Part shown: one piece after another, positions 42,510-56,219 of the stretch | Layout of the letters: every line of letters starts with the position of its first letter | How positions within the stretch are numbered: position 1 is the stretch's first letter | NCBI RefSeq assembly: GCF_006345805.1 | Contig: NC_043000.1 | Location: 40,796,001-40,860,000 of the forward strand | Source of the DNA: Octopus sinensis | Lineage: Eukaryota | DNA length: 64,000 nucleotides | Reading direction: 5' to 3' | Program-made: the position numbers and the translations under genes | Notes under the pieces: generated by a model | Told to the model about the DNA's origin: nothing | What the model saw: the letters and a program-made list of their open reading frames with translations, nothing else | Databases searched by the model: none

Positions 42510-42921
42510 AGTTAACAAGAATTGTATTGGCATTTATACATTTAGGCAGGTTTTAAAGGGGGTGGTGGGGGACTTTTTGGGGGTAGGCATAGCGCAAAAA
42601 ATCATACTTGGGGGAGTGGTCAAGGAGTCAGTGTTAAAATAGATAGGAGAATAAATAAAAAATAAAAAATAAAAAATAAAAAATAAAAAATAAAAAATAA
42701 AAAATAAAAAATAAAAAATATATATATATATGTTGATTCGCTAGCCTCTGCACGCATTTTTTTCTCTCCTTGTTTCTTTTCTGTGTATTTTTCTGTTGAA
42801 GAGTGTAGGCTCGAAACGTAAAAGACTTGTTTTATTTATATTCCTGAGCGCCATACTAATACAATTGTTTGTTTGTATTCCACCTGCCTTCGTCTTTTGT
42901 TTATTTTCATGAAGCTTCCCG

Positions 42922-42976
<55 letters not shown>

Positions 42977-43630
42977 GTGTGTGTGTGTGTGTGTGTGTGT
43001 GTATTATATAGTAGAAATTGTGCTTACATTTAGATGTACGACCGCTACCGTTATGTCGACGTAGATTATCCAAATCCAACCTGCTTCCCGTATAGTTAAG
43101 TAATTCTATATTGAGTAGTATTATTAGGTATGAGCTACAGAGCTACGAGAGGAGATAGAATATACCCACGCATTTATTTTTATATATGGGTACATATACA
43201 CTTCTGACATAATTGTTAGCTTAGGTAGAACCCACATATCGGTAATGCATATAGTTTGGTATATACACACGCATATGCTTCTTACATCCAATATGATAAA
43301 GATAAAGTAAAATTAGCAGATTCTGTCAATAAAGTTTCAAACATTAATTGTTTTTACAAAACAGCGAAATGCGCTGAAGTAAGTTAAAATGATACATCCC
43401 TTTGGGTATGCAACCTCACACTAAGTCGACTGACGGTAGGGTCTAATGAAGAACCTATTTAAACAATCACCTGAAAAGTTGTATATTTTACACCTTGGAC
43501 GCGTGATAATGATTACACAACATCTTAGTGCTATACTACAGGTGTAAAAATTTATCAAAACAATTTTTAAATAATGAATATCATTCATTCCATTTTCTAT
43601 AATTTATCTACAATACACACAAACATACAT

Positions 43631-43678
<48 letters not shown>

Positions 43679-43827
43679 CACACTTGCACATGAATGTATA
43701 TATATCCTGTCTCAGCGATTTTCGGAATAATATGCATGCATTATAGTTTTTGGAAGGGAAATATATTTTCTAGATCTCTTTCAACAATCAACGACATGAA
43801 TATTGTATATATGAATTAACGACTTAC

Positions 43828-43866
43828 CGTTTTCACCAGAAGCAAAACGTCCGAATAATTGGGGTT
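43828..43866 (-). CDS. Duplicate of exon 8 (39 nt), xPQLFGRFASGEN
   Basis: Identical exon and splice sites to 40982-41020. Confidence 0.8.
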
Positions 43867-43916
43867 CTACAAAGAGAAAGAAAAACACAATATACTATAC
43901 AATAAACTGTACAAGC

Positions 43917-43971
<55 letters not shown>

Positions 43972-44182
43972 CTTTTCTACTCTAGGCACAAAGCTAGAAA
44001 GTTTTGGGGAGGAGGCCAGTCCATTAAATCGACTCCAGTACGCAACTACTTCTTAATTTATCGACCCCGAACGATGAAAAGCAGGGTCAACCGCGGCGGA
44101 ATTTGAACTCAGAACGTAAAAACGGCCGAAATGCCGCTAAGCATTTTACTCGGCGTGTCAACGATTCTGCTGGGACGCCGTC

Positions 44183-44216
<34 letters not shown>

Positions 44217-45325
44217 TAATAATAATAATAATCCTTTCTATTATAGGCACAAAGCCTGAAATTTTGGGAGAGGGGGGGGCAGTCGTTTAGATCGACCCCA
44301 GTACGCAACTAGTACTTAAGTTATCGACCTCGAAAGGACGAAAGGCAAAGTCGACCTCCGTGGAATTTGAACTAAGACCGTAGCGACGGGCGAAATAATT
44401 CTAAGCATTTCATCCAGTGTGCTAACAATTCTGCCAGTTCGCCGCCATAATGATAATAGTAGTAATAAAAGTAATCCTGTCTACGAGCCCTGGATTTTTT
44501 TTTTTGGGTGGGGGGCAGTCGAACACATTGACTCCAGTACTCAACTGGTACTTAATTTATCGACCTAGAAAGGATGAAAGGCAAAGTCGACCTCGGCGGA
44601 ATTTCAACTCAGAACGTTGCAGCAGATGAAATGCCTATTTCTTTATTACTCACAAGAGACTAAACACAGAGAGGACAAACGAGGACAGACAAACGGATTA
44701 AGTCGATTATATCGACCCCAGTGAGCAACTGGTACTAAATTTATCGACCTCGAAATGATGAAAGGCAAAGTCGACCTCGGCGGAATCTGAACTCAGAACG
44801 TAACGGCAGACGAAATACGGCTACGCATTTCGCCCGGCATGCTAACGATTCTGACAGCCCACCGCCTTAAAAGTCGTAACTAAATACCGAAAGTTATTTT
44901 GCCAAATACTCCAATTCTTCTGCCAATCTACCCACCCAACCTTTCTACTGTAGGCCTAAGGCCTGAAATTTAGTGGGAAGGTACTAGTCAATTACATCGA
45001 CTCCCGTGCGCAATTGGTAGCGATCCTTCAGTTTTTTAAGCCCTGTAACAAGAACTCAGCACTTTTGAGAAATGATTTATTTATAATGATCAAATGTATG
45101 TTCTGTATATTAGCTCACACACGCCATCAAATCGACATTCCCTGTACAGATGCACAAGTGTGCCACATGTCAGCTGTCGAAATGATTGCAAACGGAAAGC
45201 AACGTGAAATGAAGAGTTTTTCTCAAGAACACAACGCGCCGCTTGGCTTGGGAATTGAACCCACGGTCTAGCGATTGTGATTGCAACACCCAAACCTCTA
45301 GGGAACGCACCTTCACATATATATA

Positions 45326-46280
45326 CGAAGAGCTATCCAAAAGAAATCGGAATTTTGCAATATTATTTTATTAATTTAGTTTTACATGTTTACACTTTTA
45401 TCGCCTTCAAAGTATTATCCGTTTGAAGCGATTTATCGGTCCAGACGCGTTTTCCACTGTTCGAAGCGATTTATCAGTCCAAACGCGTTTTCCACTGTTT
45501 GAAGCGATTTATCGGTTCAAACGCATTTTCCACTGTTCGAAGCAGTGTTGGAACCCTTGCAAAGTGATGCTTTTTAACGCCGCCGTCGTTTTCTTTTTCA
45601 CCTCTTACACATCTACAAAATGTATTCCTTTAATGACTTTTTGCATTCGGGGGAACAAAAAAGTCATAGGGAGCAAGATCGGGTGAATAGGGAAGGTGGG
45701 TAAGCGGTAAAAACTGTCTCACAATTCCGTGTGTAAGCGAGGCACAAATTTTTCCGCAACTCTTTTCACTTGCAATTCCTTGCTCAAAATTCGCTGGCAG
45801 GAGCTCCAGAACACACCAGTCATATCAACAAGGTCGTTAATTGTTCGGCGGCGGCGTTTCAAAATCAATTCATGAATTTTCTTAATGCTTTCATTCATTC
45901 AGGAGGTCGTCGCTTGCCTTGATCGAGGTTGGTCTTCATGCAACAAGTAACCATTCCTAAAGCATGAAAACCTGTCGTAAACTTGGTGTTTTGCTCGTAG
46001 CAGCGTTCTTGTAAGCTGTTTAAAGAATGACAACTGTTTCGGCTGTTATTTTCCCCAGCAGTAAATAGAATTTCACAGGAGTATGCTGTTCCTTCGTTTC
46101 AGCCATCACAAAAATCGACGAACAAGGGAGATGCACTGCAAAACAACGACGCAATACGACCTCAATGGATGCTGCAAGTCGACAGACAAATGCCTGAGGG
46201 TTGCATCAAGTGTCGGAATCCTGAATTACAACGGGCTTGTCCAACAGAGAACGTTTCCGGTTATTTTGGGTACCTTCTCG
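45326..46280 (-). mobile_element. Mariner relic (N-terminal HTH region, catalytic domain deleted)
   Basis: TA-CGA degenerate TIRs; VKF..LGK...ET, EDQPRS, RRTI, WSSCQRIL, KFVPR; internal three-copy ~40-bp repeat at 45420-45545. Confidence 0.75.
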
Positions 46281-46380
46281 TATATACACACATACATACA
46301 TACCTACATACATACACACACACACACACACACAAATGTTCCGTATAATGAATATAAATAAATAAATAAATAAATATATA

Positions 46381-46455
<75 letters not shown>

Positions 46456-46464
46456 GTCATCTAC

Positions 46465-46503
46465 TCGCTGCTACAGTAGTGGCATCTGATGTTTCGGAAG
46501 GAT
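46465..46503 (-). CDS. Micro-exon 5 (39 nt, phase 1-1), xPSETSDATTVAA
   Basis: Good acceptor tttcgtctaatttcag and matching composition; weak donor gtagat. Confidence 0.55.
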
Positions 46504-46944
46504 CTGAAATTAGACGAAATAACACACGTAACGTTTGAAAATAAAGACCATGATAGTTAATTTTTTTTAAAGCGCGATGCAGCGCAAATACCATCTAATG
46601 TTTAGACAACTTTTAAGCTCTGATTTTCATCCACATCTGAGTCAATATTTTTAGCATTTCTTCCTTCTAGGGATGACAAAATTACGACTGAACTCTCAAT
46701 TGATAATCGTCAACAACATTGATAATTTCTCGCTACAAATTGTGTTGTGCCTATATTAGAAATTAATATACTATAGTGACTGTATGAATCAAATTTATCT
46801 CGAACAATAGCAACATAGAGAACTATCCTAAATATCCGCAAATATCTGCAAAATATAAATTTACTTTCAAAAGAGCTAATGCATTAGCGAAAGCAGAGTT
46901 TCTTTACTAATACATTAACTCTGTAACATACTAATACACACACA

Positions 46945-46999
<55 letters not shown>

Positions 47000-47163
47000 T
47001 CCAGTGAATGAAAAGTCAAGAAATCTCTAAATCACGGCGACAGAAGTGCCACAAATACAAGACAGCAAAGACAAGAGAGAAAACAAGCATATATGACTTT
47101 GAAATACGGATATCACGTGATTAAATACAGTTTTTCAGTGTGTCAAATTTAATTGTTAGAATC

Positions 47164-47202
<39 letters not shown>

Positions 47203-47461
47203 TGAACGCATGCCCAAACACACACACACGCGCGCGCACACGTACACACACAGGCGCAGGCGTAGTTGTGTGGTGAGACGTTATGCTACCCAGCTGCATG
47301 ATTCCAGGTTCAGCTCCGTTACATGACACCTTGGGAAAGTATCTTTTATTAGTTTCTGGTTGTCCAAAGCCTTGTGAGTGAATTTGCTACGTGGAAACTG
47401 AAGGAACCAGTTGTACACATGTATGTATATATGTATGTATGTATGTATACACACACACACG

Positions 47462-47516
<55 letters not shown>

Positions 47517-47752
47517 TTATATACACACACATATATATGTTAATCTCTACACATTTTTTTCTCTCTCCAATTTTTCGTTCTCTCTCCACTTTTTTACATC
47601 CCATACCTTTCTGTCGAAGAGCATAAGCTCGAAACGTCAAAGACATTTCCATTCTTCACGAGCGTCAAGCTAATGCACTTGCTTGTTATTCCTTCACCTG
47701 CCTTCGTCTTTTATGTCCTGTAAATTTGAGCTATATATATATATGAACTTAC

Positions 47753-47902
47753 TTTTTGTATCTGCACTGTCTTTTGCAGCTGCAGAGCCTTTTGCATGTG
47801 TGGTACCTTTCATAGGGCCAGTATGTGAGGTATCATTTTTTGATGCAGTACTGTTTGCATGGGCAGTACCGTTTGCATGGGCAGCGTGATTGGTATGAGT
47901 GC
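47753..47902 (-). CDS. Exon 4 (150 nt, phase 1-1), (G)THTNHAAHANGTAHANSTASKNDTSHTGPMKGTTHAKGSAAAKDSADTK
   Basis: Acceptor tttcttttatcctag, donor gtaagt; open 150 nt; NGT, NST and NDT sequons; internal 18-nt-period repeat. Confidence 0.9.
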
Positions 47903-48668
47903 CTAGGATAAAAGAAATAACATGGTAAATTATGAAAACAAAGACAACCTATAATAGTCAATATCTCAGTGACAAGATTTCTTAAAGTTTGTCTTGAAAT
48001 ATCGTCGCTATATCTTAACGAACCTCTCTCTTTACTCTTTTACTCTTTTACTTGTTTCAGTCATTTGACTGCGGCCATGCTGGAGCACCGCCTTTAATCG
48101 AGCAATTCGATCCCGGGACTTATTCTTTTGTAAGCCTAGTACTTATTCTATCGGTCTCTTTTGCCGAACTGCTAAGTAACGGGGACATAAACACACCAGC
48201 ATCGGTTGTCAAGCAATGCTAGGGGGACAAACACAGACACACATACACTCATATATATATACTTATATACGACGGGCTTCTTTCAGTTTCCGTCTACCAA
48301 ATCCACTCACAGGGCTTTGGTCGGCCCGAGGCTATAGTAGAAGACACTTGCCCAAGGTGTCACGCAGTGGGACTGAACCCGGAACCATGTGGTTGGTAAA
48401 CAAGCTACTTACCACACAGCCACTCCTGCGCCCTCTATGAACTTTCTCAGAACTATTCTCATGTTTCCCAGAATAATTCATGAAGCAGAATAATTCAGAC
48501 GAAGACATCTTGGGGGTTTTACAGAGATAGAAAAAGGATGCAGAGAGAATAAAAATTGCAGTTGAGAAGTAGGTTAGTAGGAGAATTAGGGTGACGTACA
48601 GAGACACTGCCGTTTCTTCAGTCTTAATCTCTCTCTCTCTCTACCTCCTTTACATACTTATACGCATA

Positions 48669-48885
48669 CGAGGGGGTGCTGAAAAGTTCCTGCCTTTAAG
48701 GGTTGAATGAAAGGCCTGGTTGGAGGCCCAACCTTCTGAGTTCTTTTTACAGGGCTTAAAAAACTGAAGGATCGCTGCAATAAGCGTGGGAAACTGTGAG
48801 GGGAGTATGTTCAATAGAATCATATTTAACTGATGCACCTGTATTTTTTTTACCCAAAGTCAGAAACATTTCAGGAACTCCTTCG
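48669..48885. mobile_element. Mariner-derived MITE
   Basis: CGAGGGGGTGCTGAAAAGTTCC / GGAACTCCTTCG degenerate TIRs, TA flanks, residual transposase C-terminus. Confidence 0.7.
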
Positions 48886-49038
48886 TATATGTATGGGAGA
48901 AAGTACATGTATGTATGTATGTGTGTATGTATGTATGTATGTATGTATATATGTATGTATGTATATCTCTATGTATGTATGTATGTATGTATGTATGTAT
49001 GATGTATGTATATATATATATATTATATATATATATAT

Positions 49039-49101
<63 letters not shown>

Positions 49102-49103
<2 letters not shown>

Positions 49104-49522
49104 GGCGCAGGAGTGGCTGTGTAGTAAGTAGCTTGCTAACCAACCACATGGTTCCGGTTTAAGTCCCACTGCGTGGCATCTTGGGCAAGTGTCTTCTGCT
49201 GTAGCCTCGGGCCGACCAAAGCCTTGTGAGTGGATTTGGTAGATGGAAACTGAAAGAAGCCTGTCGTATATATGTATATATATATATGTATATGTATTTG
49301 TGTGTATATGTTTGTGTGTCTGTGTTTGTCCCTCTAGCATTGCTTGACAACCGATGCTGGTGTGTTTACGTCCCCGTCACTTAGCGGTTCGGCAAAAGAC
49401 ACCGATAGAATAAATACTAGGCTTACAAAGAATAAGTCCCGGGGTCGATTTGCTCGACTAAAAGGCGGTGCTCCAGAATGGCCAGAGTCAAATGACTGAA
49501 ACAAGTAAAAGAGTAAAAGAGT
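49102..49522 (+). mobile_element. Octopus OR-type tRNA/CORE SINE (representative); others at about 17861-18310, 20545-20880, 24030-24250, 25253-25740, 47253-47420, 63840-64000 (+) and 48030-48430, 14870-15060 (-)
   Basis: tRNA-like head ggcgcaggagtggctgtgtggtaag, CORE-like ccttgggcaagtgtctt, internal microsatellite, (AAAGAGT)n tail. Confidence 0.85.
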
Positions 49523-49554
49523 ATCTATATATATATACATATATATATATTATA

Positions 49555-50345
49555 TAAAGATGGTGGGTAGCCATTCAGGGTTAGGTCTCTGAGGAACAGT
49601 TTGGTGTTGATGGCTTTGTTGGTCACGTTGCTGCAATTGTTGTTTATACGTGCAATCTCATTTCTCACAAATGCGGCTTTGAGAGAAACGAGATTGCACG
49701 TATAAACAACAATTGCAGCAACGTGACCAACAACGCCATCAACACCAAACTGTTCCTCAGAGACCTAACCCTGAATGGCTACCCACCATCTTTAGCTAAA
49801 CAACGGCGCCCAAATAACATCAAGGTCAATAAACCCTAGGAAACCATCATACTCTCAAGTCCGGCACGTGCTTTCTAAAGCTACCGCACTTTGACGACAG
49901 AAATACTGCAGCGATTCAACACGCAGTCCACAGGGAAAGACTCGACATACAGATAGAGTACACCGGCCCTTCCCTGAGAAAAGCTCTATCCAAGAACAAC
50001 ACCTCTCACTACTCCGAGGTGTGCACATTATCGAACTTCCCCATCAATGACCCTGAATTGTGCCAGGCAAATGTGGCGCATCCTACACGTGCAGGCAGAT
50101 ACTTCCGTGAAGAAGCGTCTACGGAAATTCCAGACCCTGGAGTTCACAGTGCACATCTCTGAGGCCATCCTCACACACCAAAAGAAACCTAAGATCAACA
50201 ATAGAAAAGAGTTACAGGAAGCTAGCTGGTTGCTATAGCAACACCTCTCTGCACATGCCCACTCCACACACCCTCACACACACGCACATAGGCAACAATC
50301 GTCAATTTCTTGAAAATGGGGTCATAACCTCGAAATATTGAATAC
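49555..50345 (+). mobile_element. 5'-truncated Penelope-like fragment with inverted 5' duplication
   Basis: RNEIARINNNCS...LTLNGYPP; EAILTHQKKPKINNRKE (GIY-YIG C-terminus); 117-bp hairpin at the 5' end; degenerate hammerhead-like motif near 50302-50343. Confidence 0.7.
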
Positions 50346-50437
50346 AAGGTAAGTCTACATTAATTCACATATTTGTTTTCTTGTGATTTACCTTGCATTT
50401 ACTTCGCATTGATTTTGCCTTACCCACGATCCTTTAT

Positions 50438-50473
<36 letters not shown>

Positions 50474-50521
50474 TGATTGATTCTAGTTTCAGCTCATGAG
50501 CTGTGGCCATGCTGGGGCACC

Positions 50522-50567
<46 letters not shown>

Positions 50568-50571
<4 letters not shown>

Positions 50572-52401
50572 CAAATTTGAGATTTTACCAATAGAACCGC
50601 AACTCCTATTTCAGGACAACCTTATTGTCTGGAATACACATAGAAAGTTATATCCTATATAATAATAAAATGATATAAGCATTTTAAAATCTACTATGAA
50701 GTACAATAAAATTATTTAAAAAAGGTATCTATAAAATATTTGTAAAAATATATATATCTTATCTGTTATTAGTCTCTGAGGAAAGAAAATATTTTCAATC
50801 AACACTACACGTGTTTCTGCACTGGTGCTGTATTTTTCCAGGTTATACCTATTACATAAATCTACCAGTGCCTCCTCCTACAATTTATCTTATTGTTATT
50901 TTTATTAACAGAACAAAGTTAAAAGTACATACTGTAGATACATATTAAATAGAATCCTTCAAAAATCCCAAATTAATAACTTTGACAGGTTTAAGTAGAT
51001 ACATATGGGAATTGAAATCCGAGAAAATAGAATACACGCTTAATTGGAATATCATTAGTAGAGCGAAGTCATATAGAATAGGTAATTAAATGTGCTTATT
51101 ATGCACATCTGAGTTTATGAAAATACTCCAGTCGAGAGAGGTATTACTGAACAGTATTGAAGAGAGAGAGGAATAAAATGCCGACATAAGAATAACTTTA
51201 CGTATAATAAAATGAAAAATATATAAAATTATCCCGCCCCCACAAGTATGTAATCTCTTAAACAACTACGAGGAAGATAGTTAAATGTAGTTATAATAGA
51301 ATTATATAATAGTATTAGATACGGATATACCAAGAACATATTTAAAGAATATTACCTTAAAAGGAATAGACAGGTCACATTTAATATAATATAAATCTCT
51401 AAATCTTAAACACTAGAAAGAAATCCAGTTATAGCAAGATTGTAGAGTATCAAAAATTCAACCTCCCCTTGAATTCAACTTCTCTAATAGTATTAGTCTT
51501 AGAGAATTTTTCAGAGTAGTTTATTTTATTGATGTTATTCCCATAATACTTAGCGCACGACAGAAGGAGCAGCCATTTGCACAGGAACGAGAAAGAATAA
51601 ACATTATGTTGATAAGTATTTTTCCTTTGTTAATTTGGTTTACTAGATTCATTTAATAGTTTTATTCAATAAATTTATAACGTATATAGAGGTTTTTATT
51701 TATAATTACTATTAACTTTCGTTTGAAATAAAAATGGTAATTTATACTTGTATAGATAGGGGTAAATCTTACACTAAATTATTAATTCCCATAATGTTTA
51801 TATAGACAGGTAGTGGATTTTCGACGTGTTTATAATATAGTCGTTGAGGGTTTCTTTATGTTTAGCATTTTCTAGATATATCGGTATTGTATTTTTAGGT
51901 GTTTAATTTTATCAATCTTTATTAATTTGTTAACTTTTTAAATTTTTTAATCATTTAATTTTTAAGAATATATTTTAAGTTATATATTTTAATTATATTT
52001 TTATTTATATTCTTATTTTTCTATTTAATATGTATTAGAATATGTAGTTTTAACTTTGGTCCGTTAATAATAATAACAATAAGATAAATAGCCTGAGGAC
52101 TCACTGGTGGATTTAAGTAATAGGTATAGCCTGGAAAAACATACCACCAGCGCAGAAACATGTGTCGCGTTGATTAAAAATACCTTCTTTCCCCACAGAC
52201 TAATAACAGGTAAAGTATATATATTTTTTCAAATATTTTATAAATAAGTTTTTTAAATAATTTTATTGTACTTTATAGTTGGTTTTAAAATGCTTATATT
52301 TTATTATTATATAGGATATAACTTTCTATGTGTATTCCAGACAATAATGTTGTCCTGAAATAGGAGTTTTGGTTCTATTGGTAAAATCCCAAATTTGTAA
52401 T
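50568..52401. mobile_element. 1.8-kb non-autonomous element with ~310-bp terminal inverted repeats
   Basis: 50568-50877 is the diverged reverse complement of 52095-52401; AT-rich non-coding interior; left end abuts (TA)n. Confidence 0.75.
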
Positions 52402-52499
52402 AATATTATAAATGATGCTGTTTACATTGAATTAGTAAGTGTAAAATAGTAAATGTCCTGATAACCTGGAATACTTATTATTCCCTAAGTTGTTTTTAA

Positions 52500-52553
<54 letters not shown>

Positions 52554-54115
52554 GAGCGTTGTTCCAAATATATACTATCGTTTTCAAAATTACAGATCTA
52601 AAAGGTACTAACTGCGGTATCTGACAATACCCGGGTGCCATATATGTAAAAGCATTTTTATTAAAATTAAATGACTTAAGTTATAGCAAGATTTTATATA
52701 GTGGATTTGTTTTTAATTATATTTGCTCATATTTTTTAATGAATTTACATGTCTAAGGTTAAATATTTTATGGTTTCTATGATGTATAAAGCTTTCGGGG
52801 GTCTTTATTGATAATTTTAATTTTGTCATTCTAAGATATGAATTTTTGAATTACGAATTTTAAAAACGATAGCGCTTCAATATTTGATTATTTTTGATGA
52901 CCATTAATAAGTCCCACAAGCAGTTCCTCAAGGTTTCTGGAGTTGAACTTACGAGTCCATATTTTTCCCACGTGCAATTTTATTTTGCATGCTCATGTGA
53001 TCCTCAAAGCAGTTATCTTTTCATCAGATCCCCAAACTGCATAAAGACAATATTTTTGTAGGCTTTGCTGAATATTTTACATTTCTCGTAGAACTGCTTC
53101 TGTTTTATGTGTCGTGTATTAATTTAAAATATCAAGAAACTATTTAAGTTAGACTTAAAGATGGTATATTCGTAACTCACTAAATTAAAAATATCAATAA
53201 ATGCAGTCTCAAAAGTTTCGTCATCATAAAAACCAAAAATGCTTAACTTTAGACATGTATCTGTATTATAATAAAAATATATGCAAACATGGTGACACAA
53301 AAAAGCGCCACGTAAAATTGTCCAGAAGTTAAATCCTTTAAGTTTACCAAAAATGTTTCTACATGTTTGATGTATGGGCAACGCTGGGTAACTCTGCTGG
53401 TATTTAGTATTTCTCTGACTGCTCTGGATGCTGAAACCGATAGATCTGCCTAATGGGATATTTTGCAGTATTTAGCTTTATCTCTTTAGGTTTTGTGTTA
53501 CACTCTCGCTGGGTGAGCTGAAGCAAGTATTAGCAAGTCACTGGTGGTCTTTTGCTTCTGTTGCTATTGTCTGAGTTAGATAACATTATTTATTATTATC
53601 TTACAAAGACACCAACGTTTTGTCTGTATTTGCAATCAACATTAATCCTTGAATTACAAATATATCAATATCTTGTCATTGTTAGAAATCAACAATAATC
53701 CCAGCCTTAATTGCGTAAAATCGGTAGATCGTCTGCCAAAATGCGCTTTTATATTTAGTCATTGTCTTTTAAGTTCTGATTCAAATCCTTTTATGATTTC
53801 GGAATCTTTAAAATCAAAGTACTGGCCAAGGTGATGTAATTGACAATAATCCTATCCTAAAGTTTGAGATTCCGAGTTGTTTTTTGCTATGAATCAGTAC
53901 AAATGGTTGTTTTACAAAGACAGAAATTTTTTGCCTATGTTAGAAATAGGTTTGAATTATTGCCTTACAAAGCGAAGGATCTTTTGTCAGTTACAAAGCT
54001 ATATCAATAAGAGAAGATAATGTTGCATTTAGGTTTTATAAGATATATTTTCTACAAATTTTCTTTACTCTCAGAATGCAATGACAAATATAATATAAAT
54101 GAATTATTAACGCAC

Positions 54116-54154
54116 CATTTTCACTGATTACTGTCTTTCCCACACGTTCGGGCT
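54116..54154 (-). CDS. Micro-exon 3 (39 nt, phase 1-1), (E)PERVGKTVISEN
   Basis: Acceptor ctttctattttcag, donor ATG|gtgcgt. Confidence 0.75.
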
Positions 54155-54562
54155 CTGAAAATAGAAAGTAGGCATTTTTTAATATTTCAATGAGAATTAA
54201 TGAAGACTACATGAAAGTAAAATCTACCAGGATGAACCCTTCTGGATAAAATAAGTACTATGCAAATTCTCTGACCCATATAGTCAGCTGTGCACTTCCT
54301 GAAAAATTAGAGAACTTGTGCTTTAGGTATTGGTTGACATAAATCTATGCTTTCTAAAGACACGTATGTTTTGTTTATATTAGAAAACAGCCTGAATTAT
54401 TGCCTTAAAATCCAATACTGCTGTCTATGTTATTAATCAATACTTATAAGAGAAAATATTGTTGCATTTAGGTTTTACAGGGAAGAAGATAAATTTTCTG
54501 AAAATTCTTTTTCATTTCAGAAGACAATTATAAATACTGTATAAATGGATTTATTAGCATAC

Positions 54563-54601
54563 CACGTTCATTGGAAGTAATTGTCTCCTCCGTTTTGGAC
54601 T
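54563..54601 (-). CDS. Micro-exon 2 (39 nt, phase 1-1), (E)SKTEETITSNER
   Basis: Acceptor ttgctatttttcag, donor GTG|gtatgc; same position as exon 3 within a ~450-bp tandem unit. Confidence 0.75.
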
Positions 54602-55455
54602 CTGAAAAATAGCAAGCAGAATTATTTTATTTCAGAAGATATGATGTTTCGATTAAAAACTACTAGAAAGTAAAATTCGTCAGAATGATTATATTTATAC
54701 ATTTGTTAGATTTCAGCTTGCGTAAAGTAAAGTAATTATGTTATAAATTTCTGAAAATTTCTTTCTTTAGGCTAGTGGAAAATTGAAAGAACAAGTATTG
54801 AGACGTAAATTAAGAATACAGCATAATATTTGGGAGCTTATGTCTGATAAGCAGCTTTAATCATAGATTTTACCATTTCTAGGTAAATAATGATAGTTTA
54901 CATAGAGACAGGGTCTAAAGTTTTGAGGGCGAATGGCGTTGTTGGTTAAATCAGTCCTAGTACTCATTCGGAAGGAACTTGACCCAGAATGTGAAGAGCT
55001 GGAACAAATCTGCAAAACATTTTCCGGTGCTCTAACAATTTTTAAGCATAATATAAACCTTTAATAACTTTGATGAAAGTAATCATCAACTATAGATCAT
55101 AAACACTATTGTATATTTTATACACTTTATTTACTATAAACTATATTTAGTACGAACTCTTAGGACTTAGAAAATACTTTCCAGTTGCGACACACTTGCT
55201 TAGTTATCTTTCGTGGCATCATAACACAATCGCATAACACAATCACATAACACAATCACAGCATAACATAATTGCTTCACATATAAAACATTTCCATGGC
55301 GAGAAAATAGTTGTTGATCCTATTATGTTACTAACGTACAATCCACATGAGAATATTGCTGTTGAACATTCATATATCCTTGATTGTAAACCTGTGGTAT
55401 TTACACTCACTTACTCTTTCCAGCGAACCTAATTATATCTTCACTACACACTTAC

Positions 55456-55470
55456 CTTGAAAATATAAAG
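55456..55470 (-). CDS. Micro-exon 1 candidate (15 nt, phase 1-1), xLYFQ
   Basis: Acceptor actttcag, donor AAG|gtaagt; short enough to be a chance match. Confidence 0.5.
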
Positions 55471-55998
55471 CTGAAAGTTCATATACTCCCAACGTATATC
55501 CATTGATAACTATTTTTGTCGTGTATTACAAAATTATACGAAATAAGGGCACAGATTTAGAGGATCAAAAATATCACTGAGAGATGCAAAAATCTACATT
55601 ATGTAATTTTTACATCTGCCTAATGCATACATGGTGAAGGCACGTGGCTTTGTGGTTAGCGTATGCCTCTAAAATTTTACCCAGCGTAGTAACGATTCTA
55701 ACAGGTCACTGCATTAATAATTACTTACATATTAAATAAAATATCTATAATCCAATCGGAGTGGGGTTATCCTAAGTAGTTTCAATCGGTTTGGAAGACC
55801 GATTTCATTTCTATTACATCCAAAGAGTTGGCCCAAAACAAACCTCACTGAAAAAATTCCGGGGTTATTCTGCAGTAGTACATTAAAGCAATATTTTTAA
55901 AAAATGTTAACACGTTAATAATTATTATTCGAATTAGCAGCGAATTAGCAGCTGACACACACACACTCTCTCGCTCTCTCCCTACACATACACACATA

Positions 55999-56066
<68 letters not shown>

Positions 56067-56219
56067 GAGTAAATGCGCTAAACAGTGATTATTGTATAAT
56101 CACAATTTAGGTTAAATTGAAATATTTTTCTCCGCGGTAGCTGCAGGGTATTTGCCTTTAGCAGTTGAAATATGTGACAAACATATTTCAACTAACCTAA
56201 ATTGTGAATACGTATATAT

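Noticed and set aside
45420-45545. Three ~40-bp direct repeats resembling a CRISPR array
   Set aside because: No unique spacers; a local tandem duplication inside a mariner relic in a eukaryotic genome.
48332-48607. ORF that looks like a signal peptide (MSLYVTLILLL...) and could be the gene's first exon
   Set aside because: Starts at GTG, has an in-frame TAG shortly upstream, runs into a SINE, has no good donor, and lies downstream of candidate exons 1-3.
52830-53860. Possible Penelope GIY-YIG and pLTR remnant with CTGATGA on the minus strand
   Set aside because: Too decayed; no convincing stems, so not called as a feature or ribozyme.
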